From the NCBI GenBank assembly GCA_950097015.1, contig CATNEN010000030.1:2232001-2296000 (forward strand): DNA of 64,000 nucleotides, in the 5' to 3' direction. The stretch is from Macrostomum hystrix. Its lineage: Eukaryota > Animalia > Platyhelminthes. Of the stretch, positions 8,747 to 21,404 are shown one piece after another. A program made the translations under genes and the position numbers. Below the pieces are notes generated by a model. The model was given only the letters and a program-made list of their open reading frames with translations. It was not told where the DNA came from and ran no database searches. Every line of letters starts with the position of its first letter. The stretch's first letter is position 1.

Positions 8747-11407
8747 CTAGCATTATACCAGCTCGCTTGGTTATTTCTGTGAATTCCGTGAATTCTGTAA
8801 ACACAATTCGATCGTATCCATCATAGTCAGATTTGCAATCATGCAAGTATGCAAAAACTTATATTTAGAATAGAGCCAGTCAAAGATGAAAATCTCATCC
8901 ACCAGACCATGCCAGAGGCAGGTGATCTTCTGGCAGCGAGTGAGCTTGCAGGTCGTCTGGCCGTCTGCGCCGCGGCACACGAGGTCCGCTGAAATTTCGC
9001 CCGGCATGATCAGTCTTCAGCGCATTGGTCTTCAGCGTGTTGATGGCTATAGACTGACGCTTGCCGCCACCCAGACGAGAGAATCTGGCGCTGGGTGCTT
9101 TCATGAAGACAGGATCGAGGGCGATCGAGGTCGTCGCGGCGTAACATTAGCGTCGGCGGCACCGCTAATGTTTCGCTATGTCAGATGGCACCATCAGGCT
9201 ATTGAGCAGATTAAAAGTGGCATTCGTGGTCGCGTTGTTTGCGCAGTGACATGTTTTCCTCCAGTAAATAAGATTTTAGCGCTCTGGGTCAACACAAAAC
9301 AGTTGTAAGTGAGATTATATAACTAATTAGGGTATTGTCACATGCTGAGTACCGAGTGACTGGAACCCTGGAACCCCGTACCCCCGCAGTGCCGAGGCGG
9401 CTTCTGCATGTGGTCAATGGGCTTTGCGCTGACCCTCTCAGTGATATATTTTTTTGATTTAAGCGAGATAGTTATTGTTATAAAAAATTATACTTTGTTT
9501 TTTTACGGCCTATAGGTCTTATTTTTCAAAAGTGAATATTAATTTTTTTGTCATTCTGTTCTGATCTGATGTATGTATTGATGTGATGTATTGTAGCGTA
9601 GCGTGCATTGCATAAAAGGATCAGTTCTAGCGTCAAAATCCGTTGTTAGAAGAAGCTGCATTTCCTAAATTTTATGGAGACAAATTCTAGCTAAAGACCT
9701 AAGTTGCTCAAGTACACCACGTTGTCTCAGAATCGCAGTGTGGACCCGCGCAGAAAATTTAGTGAAGTTAAAACAAGTGAAACCCTCAAAATTTTATCAG
9801 AATTTTGTTGGATATCGTTTTAAACACGAAAAATTACTTTAGTTATTACTCTTTTATATAGGCATTTTTTCACAAAAAGTTATTCTTCGCAGAAAATAAA
9901 AACAATTTGAATAAATAATCATACCAAGGACCAACGCTAGAAGAAGAAGAAGGACCACTCTTCTTCTAGTGGTCCTTGAATCATACATGTACCCAATGGT
10001 ACATATATAGCTAGCTATCTTATGTGGCAAAACTCTTTATATAAATATGCCGTGTCGTTAATTTCCATTTTATTTACACGGTTCTGTTCTTTGAAACGAG
10101 GCCCTTTCGGGTTTGAACGTTTTGTTGAACCCTCGAGCCAATAGATCGACTAAGTTGAAAGTTGCCAGTGTGTTACGACAGTGTTCTACATTTCGACCTA
10201 CACATTCATTAACCGACATTAGTGTCATCCTTTTTAATTATTGTAATAACAACTTGCTATATCTTTTGTCATCGTTACGTGTTTTCATTCGAATTGTATT
10301 GACTTAAAAAGTAAGAAGTCTATCAAAGAAAATCATACGAGTCAACCAGCAGAATTCTAGTCAGCACCAAACTCGTCACACATATTATAGGCCTACATCA
10401 TTGTTATTATTTTACACTATGCATTGATAGTGTACACTATACACTATAGATACTCTGAAGCAAAAGCCTTATGCTCAGAGAAGAATAGATAGGGACTTGA
10501 AAGTAGACCTATTCATACAAGCTGCCATGTGGATAAGCAGAAAATTATCGGCACGGATCTGTGTGGATAAGATTGAAATTATCAGCATGGGACTGTGAGA
10601 ATAAGCACCTCCATCTTATGTTTCACTACCTTAGTACATTTACTTTAAGTGCAGGTACAAGCACTAGAAGTGTGGTTGTTGATGACTGTTGTATATTCAA
10701 GATTAGTCCTATTTCTTTTTCCCTATGTTTCTTTTCGATTCTAGGCCATTCTTTTTGTCTTATCTGGAACATTTAAAGGCTCTAGCTAGCTTAGCTCTAA
10801 TTTACTAAGTAAAACAAATAGTTTTTGTATCATTATGTCAAAATATCATTTCATATTTTCAAAATAAGTTAATTTTGCGCTGACCAAACAATTTATCAGT
10901 AGGCCTATTCTGTTTTTTCTAAGGTAAAATTTTTTTCTGCCTAATAAGTCTTAATTTCTTAAGACACCCAAAAGTCTTAATTGCCTAATAAGCTGTTGCT
11001 GTGTAATAGCAACAATACTCTATTTTAGTTTCTAAATTGGCCTTTCACCTTTCAAATCTCTTTGTCACTAGTCTCAACAGTTGGAAAGCATCATTTTGAT
11101 TGTTTGCCAAATGGCGCCTGAGCCAGCTTATGGATAATGTGGTTGTCTTTATTTCTGCTCTTTATTTTGCACTTTATATATCAATTTCCAGGCACTCCAT
11201 CAAAGTGCTTCTCCACCAGGCTTTTTATCATTTTTATATTCATGTTTTGTATGGTTTAGTCAGATTTGTGTTTCTGAAACTAGGGAATCTAAGATTACTA
11301 TTGAAGAACTAAATACAAACGTAAATATTTAGTGGTTATCAACCTGATGATAAAAAATTAGTGATAATGTATAACAAGCTTTTTCCAATATCATTTCAGA
11401 TAAAACA

Positions 11408-14400
11408 ATGCAGAGCCCCAGTCAACTTAGCAGTGATGCATCTGCTTCACATTATTTGTATGGCTTTGTTGCTGGCCTGCGTGATTGCTGCATAGGATTA
11501 GTACAGCTGCGCTCACTCAATGCCAAGATTGAAGCATACAGGGCTAGCCAGATGGACCCGAAGTTGCAGAGGTCCTACATTGCTGCCAAGGAGACTAAAG
11601 AGTGAGTTTTTATCAGTTTTTTTCGGTAATAAATCATTTTAATAAGGATCTGGGTGTTTGCCTGAACCCACTAGTGGAAACAGGTGTTTATCTGTATGTA
11701 AACACTATAATACTGTGTTTGTCTAAACCCACGAATGGAAAAGGGAGTTCATCTAAAAACTCATCTTAAACCTACCAGTAGAACAGGATAGCTATTGATT
11801 TAAACCTGCAGTATAACAAAGTTTTAATTTAAGCTCTATTGGAACAAGGTGTTTTTATTAACTCTCCAGTAAGACTTATTATTTTTCTAATTCGCTTTAT
11901 GTGGTATAGTAGCTAAGAATGACCTTAGTATATGATCCTTTTTCATGCTAAAATGAAACAAAAAATTGCAATTTAATTTCGACTATCGGCATCCAATTAT
12001 ACCCTTTAAATTGTTTAAAGTTAAACAATTCGCAAAATATTTATCTAGATTATTGTGGTCGGTGTGAAATTAATCTACCGATAGATGCGCGTATTTGCAG
12101 CTACTGTTCGTTTATACCCGATCATCCGATTTGGCACCCACCCCACTGCAGTAAACTGTCCCTAATCGGCACGATCAAGCGCACGTGGTTCTGGAACGCT
12201 GTGGTACTGGGGGTGAGTAGCTGTCTGTTTTAAAACCTGTTTACACAAGGTCACAAGCTGCACACCAACTAGGCTAGGCTGATTAGCCACACTGGCCAGG
12301 TGAAGTTCTATAACACGCACACACCCACTCTTAGTCGCTATCTGATGAAACACGCATTATAAAATTTGCGCAGTGCAGCGTCCTTGCCTTCAACCTGGTG
12401 CTGCTGCCAGTCCTGCTATGGCTGGCTGACCGGCTGCAGGGTCCCTGGGTCAGCGACTACGCTGTGCCAATAGTCACCTGGCTATTCAATGCTCTGTGGA
12501 TTCTACCTGTAGTCGTCGTGTTAGAAGTGGTCAATTATTTCTCGTTTAAAGATGTCGGCCAGCTTGTTTACATTGTTGCTAAGCGAGATCATAGATCGGG
12601 AGAAGGCCAAAAAATAGGCACGATCTTGGCCGATCAGGCCTACGGCCTGCTAGTTGAACTTCTGTTCCTGTGCCAGGCTAAACTAGCTAGACAGGTGCCA
12701 GTGCCTTTTGTATCCGAGCTGTTGTACCTGTGTCACATGTGCCTGCTCTACTCGCTATATGTGTTCGATTATCGCTGGTCTAGTCTGGGTGAGTAGCATC
12801 GTAAATTGTATTTTTGCCCTTAGCAACCAACGTTTCCTAACTTGAATGTTACGAGCGTACTTCCTTAGCAAAGAGTTTGGTTTTATTCGCATATAGCGTC
12901 CTTAAAACACCAACATTTTGTGATCTTAGCAACTAACTGCGATTACTTATTATTAACACATTGAAGGTTTAGCAGCATTGGAAACCAGCACCCAGCTAAA
13001 GGTTTAGCAGCATTGGAAACCAGCACCCAGCTAAGGTTTAGCAGCATTGGAAACCAGCACCCAGCTAAGGGTTTAGCAGCATTGGAAACCAGCACCCAGC
13101 TAAAGGTTTAGCAGCATTGGAAACCAGCACCCAGCTAAAGGTTTAGCAGCATTGGAAACCAGCACCCAGCTAAGGTTTAGCAGCGTTGGAAACCAGCACC
13201 CAGCTAAAGGTTTAGCAGCATTGGAAACCAGCACCCAGTTAAGGTTTAGCAGCATTGGAAACCAGCACCCAGCTAAGGGTTTAGCAGCATTGGAAACCAG
13301 CACCCAGCTAAGGGTTTAGCAGCATTGGAAACCAGCACCCAGCTAAGGGTTTAGCATCATTGGAAACCAGCACCCAGCTAAGGGTTTAGCAGCATTGGAA
13401 ACCAGCACCCAGCCATGGTTTACCGTATTTGTCATTTTCGTATGTCCTTGACTTTTGTCAGCGAGAATTGTTGTGCCGCCTTTTGCACACATTGGATTGC
13501 ATTTTGCTAATAATTTCCACTTCCTTCCTCTTTGTAAGCCTAACCGCCTGAATGTTTAGCAAAGCATCCCTAATTTGGATTCTGACTTCAGAAAATCTTT
13601 GAAATCTAGCAAAGAAAGTATTATAGATCCGGTTTAAAGTTTTCAAGCTAAATTATGAAATTTACGGATATTATGAAATTTATGAAATTTACGTCGATCC
13701 ATTGTCAGGCATGGCATTTCAAAGCCGCGCTATGTACATCGAGAATCACTGGCCCTATTTCTTGGCGTTCGGCTTGCCAATGTCGCTCATCACTTGGCTG
13801 CCACCCTGGTACGGCCTGTCAATCTGCTTTCTATCAATCTGCTATCCGATCTGCATTGTGAGCGCCTTGTGCGCCCAGTATTATCGAATGTACAGGTGAG
13901 CTGCCGGCTTGGCATCACATTTTATGATTGACGGCTTGCATGAACCTAGACAATTGTCGCGCGTTGTATGTTCAGTGTGATAAAAATGCGAACCGGAAAT
14001 ATGTACCTTTTCTGGTATGATTAGTTTGACATGCTCTTTCTTAGATTGGTCTAGCATCCGTTCTCCCATTCGGCCAGATCCTCAGATTAGTCCAACATCT
14101 ATTCTCCCATTCAGCCAGATCCTTAGATTGATCCAACATCTATTCTCCCATTCTTACAGATCCTCAGATTTATCCAACATCTATTCTCCCATTCTTACAG
14201 ATCCTCAGATTTATCCAACATCTATTCTCCCATTCTTACCGATCCTCAGATTTATCCAACATCTATTCTCCCATTCTTACAGATCCTCAGATTTATCCAA
14301 CATCTATTCTCCCATTCTTATAAATCCTCATATTGGTCCAACATCTATTCTCCCATTCTTACAGATCCTCAGATTGGTCCAACATCTATTCTCCCATTCT

Positions 14401-17400
14401 TACAGATCCTCAGATTTATCCAACATCTATTCTCCCATTCTTACAGATCCTCAGATTGGTCCAACATCTATTCTCCCATTCTTACAGATCCTCAGATTTA
14501 TCCAACATCTATTCTCCCATTCTTATAAATCCTCATATTGGTCCAACATCTATTCTCCCATTCTTACAGATCCTCAGATTTATCCAACATCTATTCCCCC
14601 ATTCTTACAGATCCTCAGATTTATCCAACATCTATTCTCCCATTCTTACAGATCCTCAGATTGGTCCAACATCTATTCTCCCATTCTTACAGATCCTCAG
14701 ATTTATCCAACATCTATTCTCCCATTCTTATAAATCCTCATATTGGTCCAACATCTATTCTCCCATTCTTACAGATCCTCAGATTGGTCCAACATCTATT
14801 CCCCCATTCTTACAGATCCTCAGATTGGTCCAACATCTATTCTCCCATTCTTACAGATCCTCAGATTGGTCCAACATCTATTCTCCCATTCTTACAGATC
14901 CTCAGATTTATCCAACATCTATTCTCCCATTCTTACAGATCCTCAGATTTATCCAAAATCTATTCTCCCATTCTTACAGATCCTCAGATTTATCCAACAT
15001 CTATTCTCCCATTCTTACAGATCCTCAGATTGGTCCAACATCTATTCTCCCATTCTTACAGATCCTCAGATTTATCCAACATCTATTCTCCCATTCTTAT
15101 AAATCCTCATATTGGTCCAACATCTATTCTCCCATTCTTACAGATCCTCAGATTTATCCAACATCTATTCCCCCATTCTTACAGATCCTCAGATTTATCC
15201 AACATCTATTCTCCCATTCTTATAAATCCTCATATTGGTCCAACATCTATTCTCCCATTCTTACAGATCCTCAGATTTATCCAACATCTATTCTCCCATT
15301 CTTATAAATCCTCATATTGGTCCAACATCTATTCTCCCATTCTTACAGATCCTCAGATTTATCCAACATCTATTCTCCCATTCTTATAAATCCTCATATT
15401 GGTCCAACATCTATTCTCCCATTCTTACAGATCCTCAGATTGGTCCAACATCTATTCCCCCATTCTTACAGATCCTCAGATTGGTCCAACATCTATTCTC
15501 CCATTCTTACAGATCCTCAGATTGGTCCAACATCTATTCTCCCATTCTTACAGATCCTCAGATTTATCCAACATCTATTCTCCCATTCTTACAGATCCTC
15601 AGATTTATCCAACATCTATTCTCCCATTCTTATAAATCCTCATATTGGTCCAACATCTATTCTCCCATTCTTACAGATCCTCAGATTTATCCAACATCTA
15701 TTCTCCCATTCTTACAGATCCTCAGATTTATCCAACATCTATTCTCCCATTCTTACAGATCCTCAGATTTATCCAACATCTATTCCCCCATTCTTACAGA
15801 TCCTCAGATTTATCCAACATCTATTCTCCCATTCTTACAGATCCTCAGATTGGTCCAACATCTATTCTCCCATTCTTACAGATCCTCAGATTGGTCCAAC
15901 ATCTATTCTCCCATTCCGTCAGATCCTCAGATTGGTCCAACATCTATTCTCCCATTCTTACAGATCCTCAGATTTATCCAACATCTATTCTCCCATTCTT
16001 ATAAATCCTCATATTGGTCCAACATCTATTCTCCCATTCTTACAGATCCTCAGATTTATCCAACATCTATTCTCCCATTCTTATAAATCCTCATATTGGT
16101 CCAACATCTATTCTCCCATTCTTACAGATCCAACATCTATTGGTCCAACCTCTATTGGTCCAACATCTATTCCCCCATTCTTACAGATCCTCAGATTGGT
16201 CCAACATCTATTCTCCTATTCTTACAGATCCTCAGATTGGTCCAACATCTATTCTCCCATTCTTACAGATCCTCAGATTTATCCAACATCTATTCTCCCA
16301 TTCTTACAGATCCTCAGATTTATCCAACATCTATTCTCCCATTCTTACAGATCCTCAGATTTATCCAACATCTATTCTCCCATTCTTACAGATCCTCAGA
16401 TTTATCCAACATCTATTCTCCCATTCTTACAGATCCTCAGATTTATCCAACATCTATTCTCCCATTCTTACAGATCCTCAGATTTATCCAACATCTATTC
16501 TCCCATTCTTACAGATCCTCAGATTGGTCCAACATCTATTCTCCCATTCTTACAGATCCTCAGATTTATCCAACATCTATTCTCCCATTCTTATAAATCC
16601 TCATATTGGTCCAACATCTATTCTCCCATTCTTACAGATCCTCAGATTGGTCCAACATCTATTCCCCCATTCTTACAGATCCTCAGATTGGTCCAACATC
16701 TATTCTCCCATTCTTACAGATCCTCAGATTGGTCCAACATCTATTCTCCCATTCTTACAGATCCTCAGATTTATCCAACATCTATTCTCCCATTCTTACA
16801 GATCCTCAGATTTATCCAAAATCTATTCTCCCATTCTTACAGATCCTCAGATTTATCCAACATCTATTCTCCCATTCTTACAGATCCTCAGATTGGTCCA
16901 ACATCTATTCTCCCATTCTTACAGATCCTCAGATTTATCCAACATCTATTCTCCCATTCTTATAAATCCTCATATTGGTCCAACATCTATTCTCCCATTC
17001 TTACAGATCCTCAGATTTATCCAACATCTATTCCCCCATTCTTACAGATCCTCAGATTTATCCAACATCTATTCTCCCATTCTTATAAATCCTCATATTG
17101 GTCCAACATCTATTCTCCCATTCTTACAGATCCTCAGATTTATCCAACATCTATTCTCCCATTCTTATAAATCCTCATATTGGTCCAACATCTATTCTCC
17201 CATTCTTACAGATCCTCAGATTTATCCAACATCTATTCTCCCATTCTTATAAATCCTCATATTGGTCCAACATCTATTCTCCCATTCTTACAGATCCTCA
17301 GATTGGTCCAACATCTATTCCCCCATTCTTACAGATCCTCAGATTGGTCCAACATCTATTCTCCCATTCTTACAGATCCTCAGATTGGTCCAACATCTAT

Positions 17401-18715
17401 TCTCCCATTCTTACAGATCCTCAGATTATCCAACATCTATTCTCCCATTCTTACAGATCCTCAGATTTATCCAACATCTATTCTCCCATTCTTACAGATC
17501 CTCAGATTTATCCAACATCTATTCTCCCATTCTTACAGATCCTCAGATTTATCCAACATCTATTCTCCCATTCTTACAGATCCTCAGATTTATCCAACAT
17601 CTATTCTCCCATTCTTACAGATCCTCAGATTTATCCAACATCTATTCCCCCATTCTTACAGATCCTCAGATTTATCCAACATCTATTCTCCCATTCTTAC
17701 AGATCCTCAGATTGGTCCAACATCTATTCTCCCATTCTTACAGATCCTCAGATTGGTCCAACATCTATTCTCCCATTCCGTCAGATCCTCAGATTGGTCC
17801 AACATCTATTCTCCCATTCTTATAAATCCTCATATTGGTCCAACATCTATTCTCCCATTCTTATAAATCCTCATATTGGTCCAACATCTATTCTCCCATT
17901 CTTACAGATCCTCAGATTTATCCAACATCTATTCTCCCATTCTTACAGATCCTCAGATTTATCCAACATCTATTCTCCCATTCTTATAAATCCTCATATT
18001 GGTCCAACATCTATTCTCCCATTCTTATAAATCCTCATATTGGTCCAACATCTATTCTCCCATTCTTACAGATCCTCAGATTGGTCCAACATCTATTCCC
18101 CCATTCTTACAGATCCTCAGATTGGTCCAACATCTATTCTCCCATTCTTACAGATCCTCAGATTGGTCCAACATCTATTCTCCCATTCTTACAGATCCTC
18201 AGATTTATCCAACATCTATTCTCCCATTCTTACAGATCCTCAGATTTATCCAACATCTATTCTCCCATTCTTACAGATCCTCAGATTTATCCAACATCTA
18301 TTCTCCCATTCTTACAGATCCTCAGATTTATCCAACATCTATTCTCCCATTCTTACAGATCCTCAGATTTATCCAACATCTATTCTCCCATTCTTACAGA
18401 TCCTCAGATTTATCCAACATCTATTCTCCCATTCTTACAGATCCTCAGATTGGTCCAACATCTATTCTCCCATTCTTACAGATCCTCAGATTGGTCCAAC
18501 ATCTATTCTCCCATTCCGTCAGATCCTCAGATCGGTCCAACATCTATTCTCCCATTCTTACAGATCCTCAGATTGGTCCTTGATTCTCTGACTCCTCATG
18601 AACAAATTATTAGTAACCGCCTGCAAATTTTAGAGCTCCCATTCCGCTGCCATTGATGAAGCCGTCTCTGTACCTGGTCAACAAGATCCTGCTGATAGTG
18701 CCGAATCGCGGCTAG
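11408..18715 (+). CDS. EI24: EI24 (etoposide-induced 2.4 / autophagy-associated ER membrane protein), about 312 aa
   Basis: Exons 11408-11601, 12152-12212, 12374-12788, 13709-13895, 18634-18715 are phase-consistent (939 nt). Family motifs: LYSLYVFDYRW, IENHWPYFLAFGLP, YPICIVSA. Confidence 0.9.
12966..13418. repeat. Minisatellite, 34-35-bp unit GGTTTAGCAGCATTGGAAACCAGCACCCAGCTAA(A/G), about 13 copies (EI24 intron 3)
   Basis: GGTTTAG recurs at 12966, 13001 and 13035. Confidence 0.97.
14065..18580. repeat. Minisatellite, 41-bp unit CCAACATCTATTCTCCCATTCTTACAGATCCTCAGATTTAT, about 110 copies (EI24 intron 4)
   Basis: Direct periodicity; TTAT/TGGT and ATAAATCCTCATATTGG variants; a block is duplicated at offset 1863 (14743 vs 16606, 15235 vs 17098). 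Confidence 0.98.
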
Positions 18716-18980
18716 GAACACTCAATCATCGAACTATATAAGTGTTCCACCTCACACGGCAGATTTGTTAGACTTTACTTGTTGCTTGAAAGTATGGCTG
18801 GTGACAAGTTGTACGATTATTCTGAGCTTGTCAACTATGTTTATTGTTCTCCCAAGTGATCACGAAAGCTTTGAAATCAAGTGTTTTAGTCCTCATTTTA
18901 AGCAAATTTATTTTTTACTGTCTTACCACGATGACTGAATTTAATTATCATATTTATTGTTGTTGTCAAGCTTGACAACT

Positions 18981-20430
18981 ACTGGGGTTGGGTTAAGCTC
19001 CAACCTATAGACTGGGGTTGGGTTAAGCTCCAACCTATAGACTGGGGTTGGGTTAAGCTCCAACCTATAAAATGGGGTTGGGTTAAGCTCCAACCTATAG
19101 ACTGGGATTGGGTTAAATTCCAACCTATAGACTGGGGTTGGGTTAAGCTCCAACCTATATACTGGGGTTGGGTTAAGCTCCAACCTATAGACTGGGGTTG
19201 GGTTAAGCTCCAACCTATAAAATGGGGTTGGGTTAAGCTCCAACCTATAGACTGGGATTGGGTTAAATTCCAACCTATAGACTGGGGTTGGGTTAAGCTC
19301 CAACCTATATACTGGGATTGGGTTAAGCTCCAACCTATAAAATGGGGTTGGGTTAAGCTCCAACCTATAGACTGGGATTGGGTTAAATTCCAACCTATAG
19401 ACTGGGGTTGGGTTAAGCTCCAACCTATATACTGGGATTGGGTTAAGCTCCAACCTATATACTGGGATTGGGTTAAGCTCTAACCTATAGACTGGGGTTG
19501 GGTTAAGCTCCAACCTATACACTGGGATTGGGTTAAACTCCAACCTATACACTGGGATTGGGTTAAACTCCAACCTATATACTGGGGTTGGGTTAAGCTC
19601 CAACCTATAGACTGGGATTGGGTTAAACTCCAACCTATAGACTGGGGTTGGGTTAAGCTCCAACCTATAGACTGGGGTTGGGTTAAGCTCCAACCTATAG
19701 ACTGGGGTTGGGTTAAGCTCCAACCTATATACTGGGGTTGGGTTAAGCTCCAACCTATAGACTGGGGTTGGGTTAAGCTCCAACCTATAGACTGGGGTTG
19801 GGTTAAGCTCCAACCTATATACTGGGATTGGGTTAAACTCCAACCTATAGACTGGGGTTGGGTTAAGCTACAACCTATATACTGGAGTTGGGTTAAGCTC
19901 CAACCTATAGACTGGGGTTGGGTTAAGCTCTAACCTATAGACTGGGGTTGGGTTAAGCTCTAACCTATAGACTGGGGTTGGGTTAAGCTCTAACCTATAG
20001 ACTGGGGTTGGGTTAAGCTCCAACCTATAGACTGGGGTTGGGTTAAGCTACAACCTATAGACTGGGGTTGGGTTAAGCTCCAACCTATAGACTGGGGTTG
20101 GGTTAAGCTCCAACCTATAGACTGGGGTTGGGTTAAGCTCCAACCTATATACTGGGATTGGGTTAAACTCCAACCTATAGACTGGGGTTGGGTTAAGCTA
20201 CAACCTATATACTGGGGTTGGGTTAAGCTCCAACCTATAGACTGGGGTTGGGTTAAGCTCCAACCTATAGACTGGGGTTGGGTTAAGCTCTAACCTATAG
20301 ACTGGGGTTGGGTTAAGCTACAACCTATATACTGGGGTTGGGTTAAGCTTCAACCTATAGACTGGGGTTGGGTTAAGCTCCAACCTATAGACTGGGGTTG
20401 GGTTAAGCTCCAACCTATAGACTGGGTTGG
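18981..20430. repeat. Minisatellite, 30-bp unit ACTGGGGTTGGGTTAAGCTCCAACCTATAG, about 48 copies (between EI24 and MRPS24)
   Basis: Direct periodicity; each unit contains the inverted repeat GGTTGG-N8-CCAACC. Confidence 0.98.
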
Positions 20431-21117
20431 GTAAAGCGCCGGCCTTTACACCAGGTCTTTATCCTTGCCGTTAGATGCAACTCAAATTGGTAGGCCAATT
20501 GTGACGGTACTATAGGGGCCATGTTGTGTGAAGTCTTTCAAGACGATCTGTCGTTGTTCACGATTCATCCAGCGTGTTCTTGCACAATTGTACAGAGGCC
20601 AGAATTCCCATGGTTTAATTGCAATTATCAAGCGTATTTTCTAATGTAAGTTATCTATAAAATCGATCTTTCAAACCCTGTTCCTAGTGTATATATATGT
20701 TTAATAAGTTATATTTGCAGCCTAAGTAATGCCATCCGCCCACATGCGAATTGATAGTTAAGTGCGCACAGTTTCGTGTGGTTTGTTGTCACTCACTTAT
20801 CGCGTCTTCCCATCTGGATTAATTCTATTATTTAATATCCAAGTCTTGGACCTTCATCACATAATGGACTTCATGTATTGGCCAGAAAATTATTTTAGGA
20901 AAAATTCTACTAGCATGATGCAGTGTCTTGACTATTTATTTACTATTTATTCAGTTTTTATTTGGCGCCTAAAATAGTGTTGTTTGTACAGTAATTACTG
21001 TAGCTTGTACTTTATTTATTCTAAATTTGATTGACTACAAAATAGAGCTTGCTTTTGTTATCATTTTACTCTATGCATTATGTGTTATTTTGTTTTTGGG
21101 ACACTTTACACACAAGT

Positions 21118-21230
21118 GAGCATGTATAGCCCAGTGGTTAGAGCTTTGGACTTCTAACTGAAAGGTCAGGAGTTTGAATCTCAGCCCAAGGTAGTCTGTC
21201 TGTGTCCCTGAACAAAATAGTTTGCTCCCT
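21118..21230 (+). mobile_element. tRNA-like SINE head (Arg-TCT-like anticodon loop) running into the start of a CORE-like segment; probably related to family B
   Basis: A box TAGCCCAGTGG, TTGGACTTCTAA, B-box-like GTTTGAATC, then GTGTCCCTGAACAAAA. Acceptor stem is poor, so not a functional tRNA. Confidence 0.55.
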
Positions 21231-21404
21231 AGTGCTGTGATGTAATGTAATGATCGGTAATGATCGGTTCATCAGCTGAGGTAAAAAATTGTGTTTGTAG
21301 CGGCTCCCTTGTCCACGGACTAAGTCGAGATAAAAAAGTCGAGAATCACTAGCGTCACGTGATCATTTACAAAGACAAAAAACCTGCTTTATATCTTCTT
21401 GCAG

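Noticed and set aside
8886-9308. 140-aa plus-strand ORF as a gene
   Set aside because: No recognisable motif; equally plausible antisense frames exist; retained only as an unexplained island.
14017-18656. Many overlapping long ORFs (VQHLFSHSY...)
   Set aside because: Products of the 41-bp intronic array cycling through frames; not independent genes. Possible cryptic splicing into it is listed as a finding.
18941-19843. 300-aa LELNPTPVYR repeat ORF
   Set aside because: Antisense translation of the 30-bp array.
18981-20430. Interstitial telomeric repeat
   Set aside because: GGGTTA occurs once per 30-mer, not as tandem TTAGGG.
21118-21200. tRNA-Arg(TCT) gene; also the tRNA-like heads near 22290, 27550, 30850 and the B-box fragment near 44620
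   Set aside because: No good acceptor stem; the heads run into shared SINE bodies, and the 44620 piece is only a partial B-box fragment.
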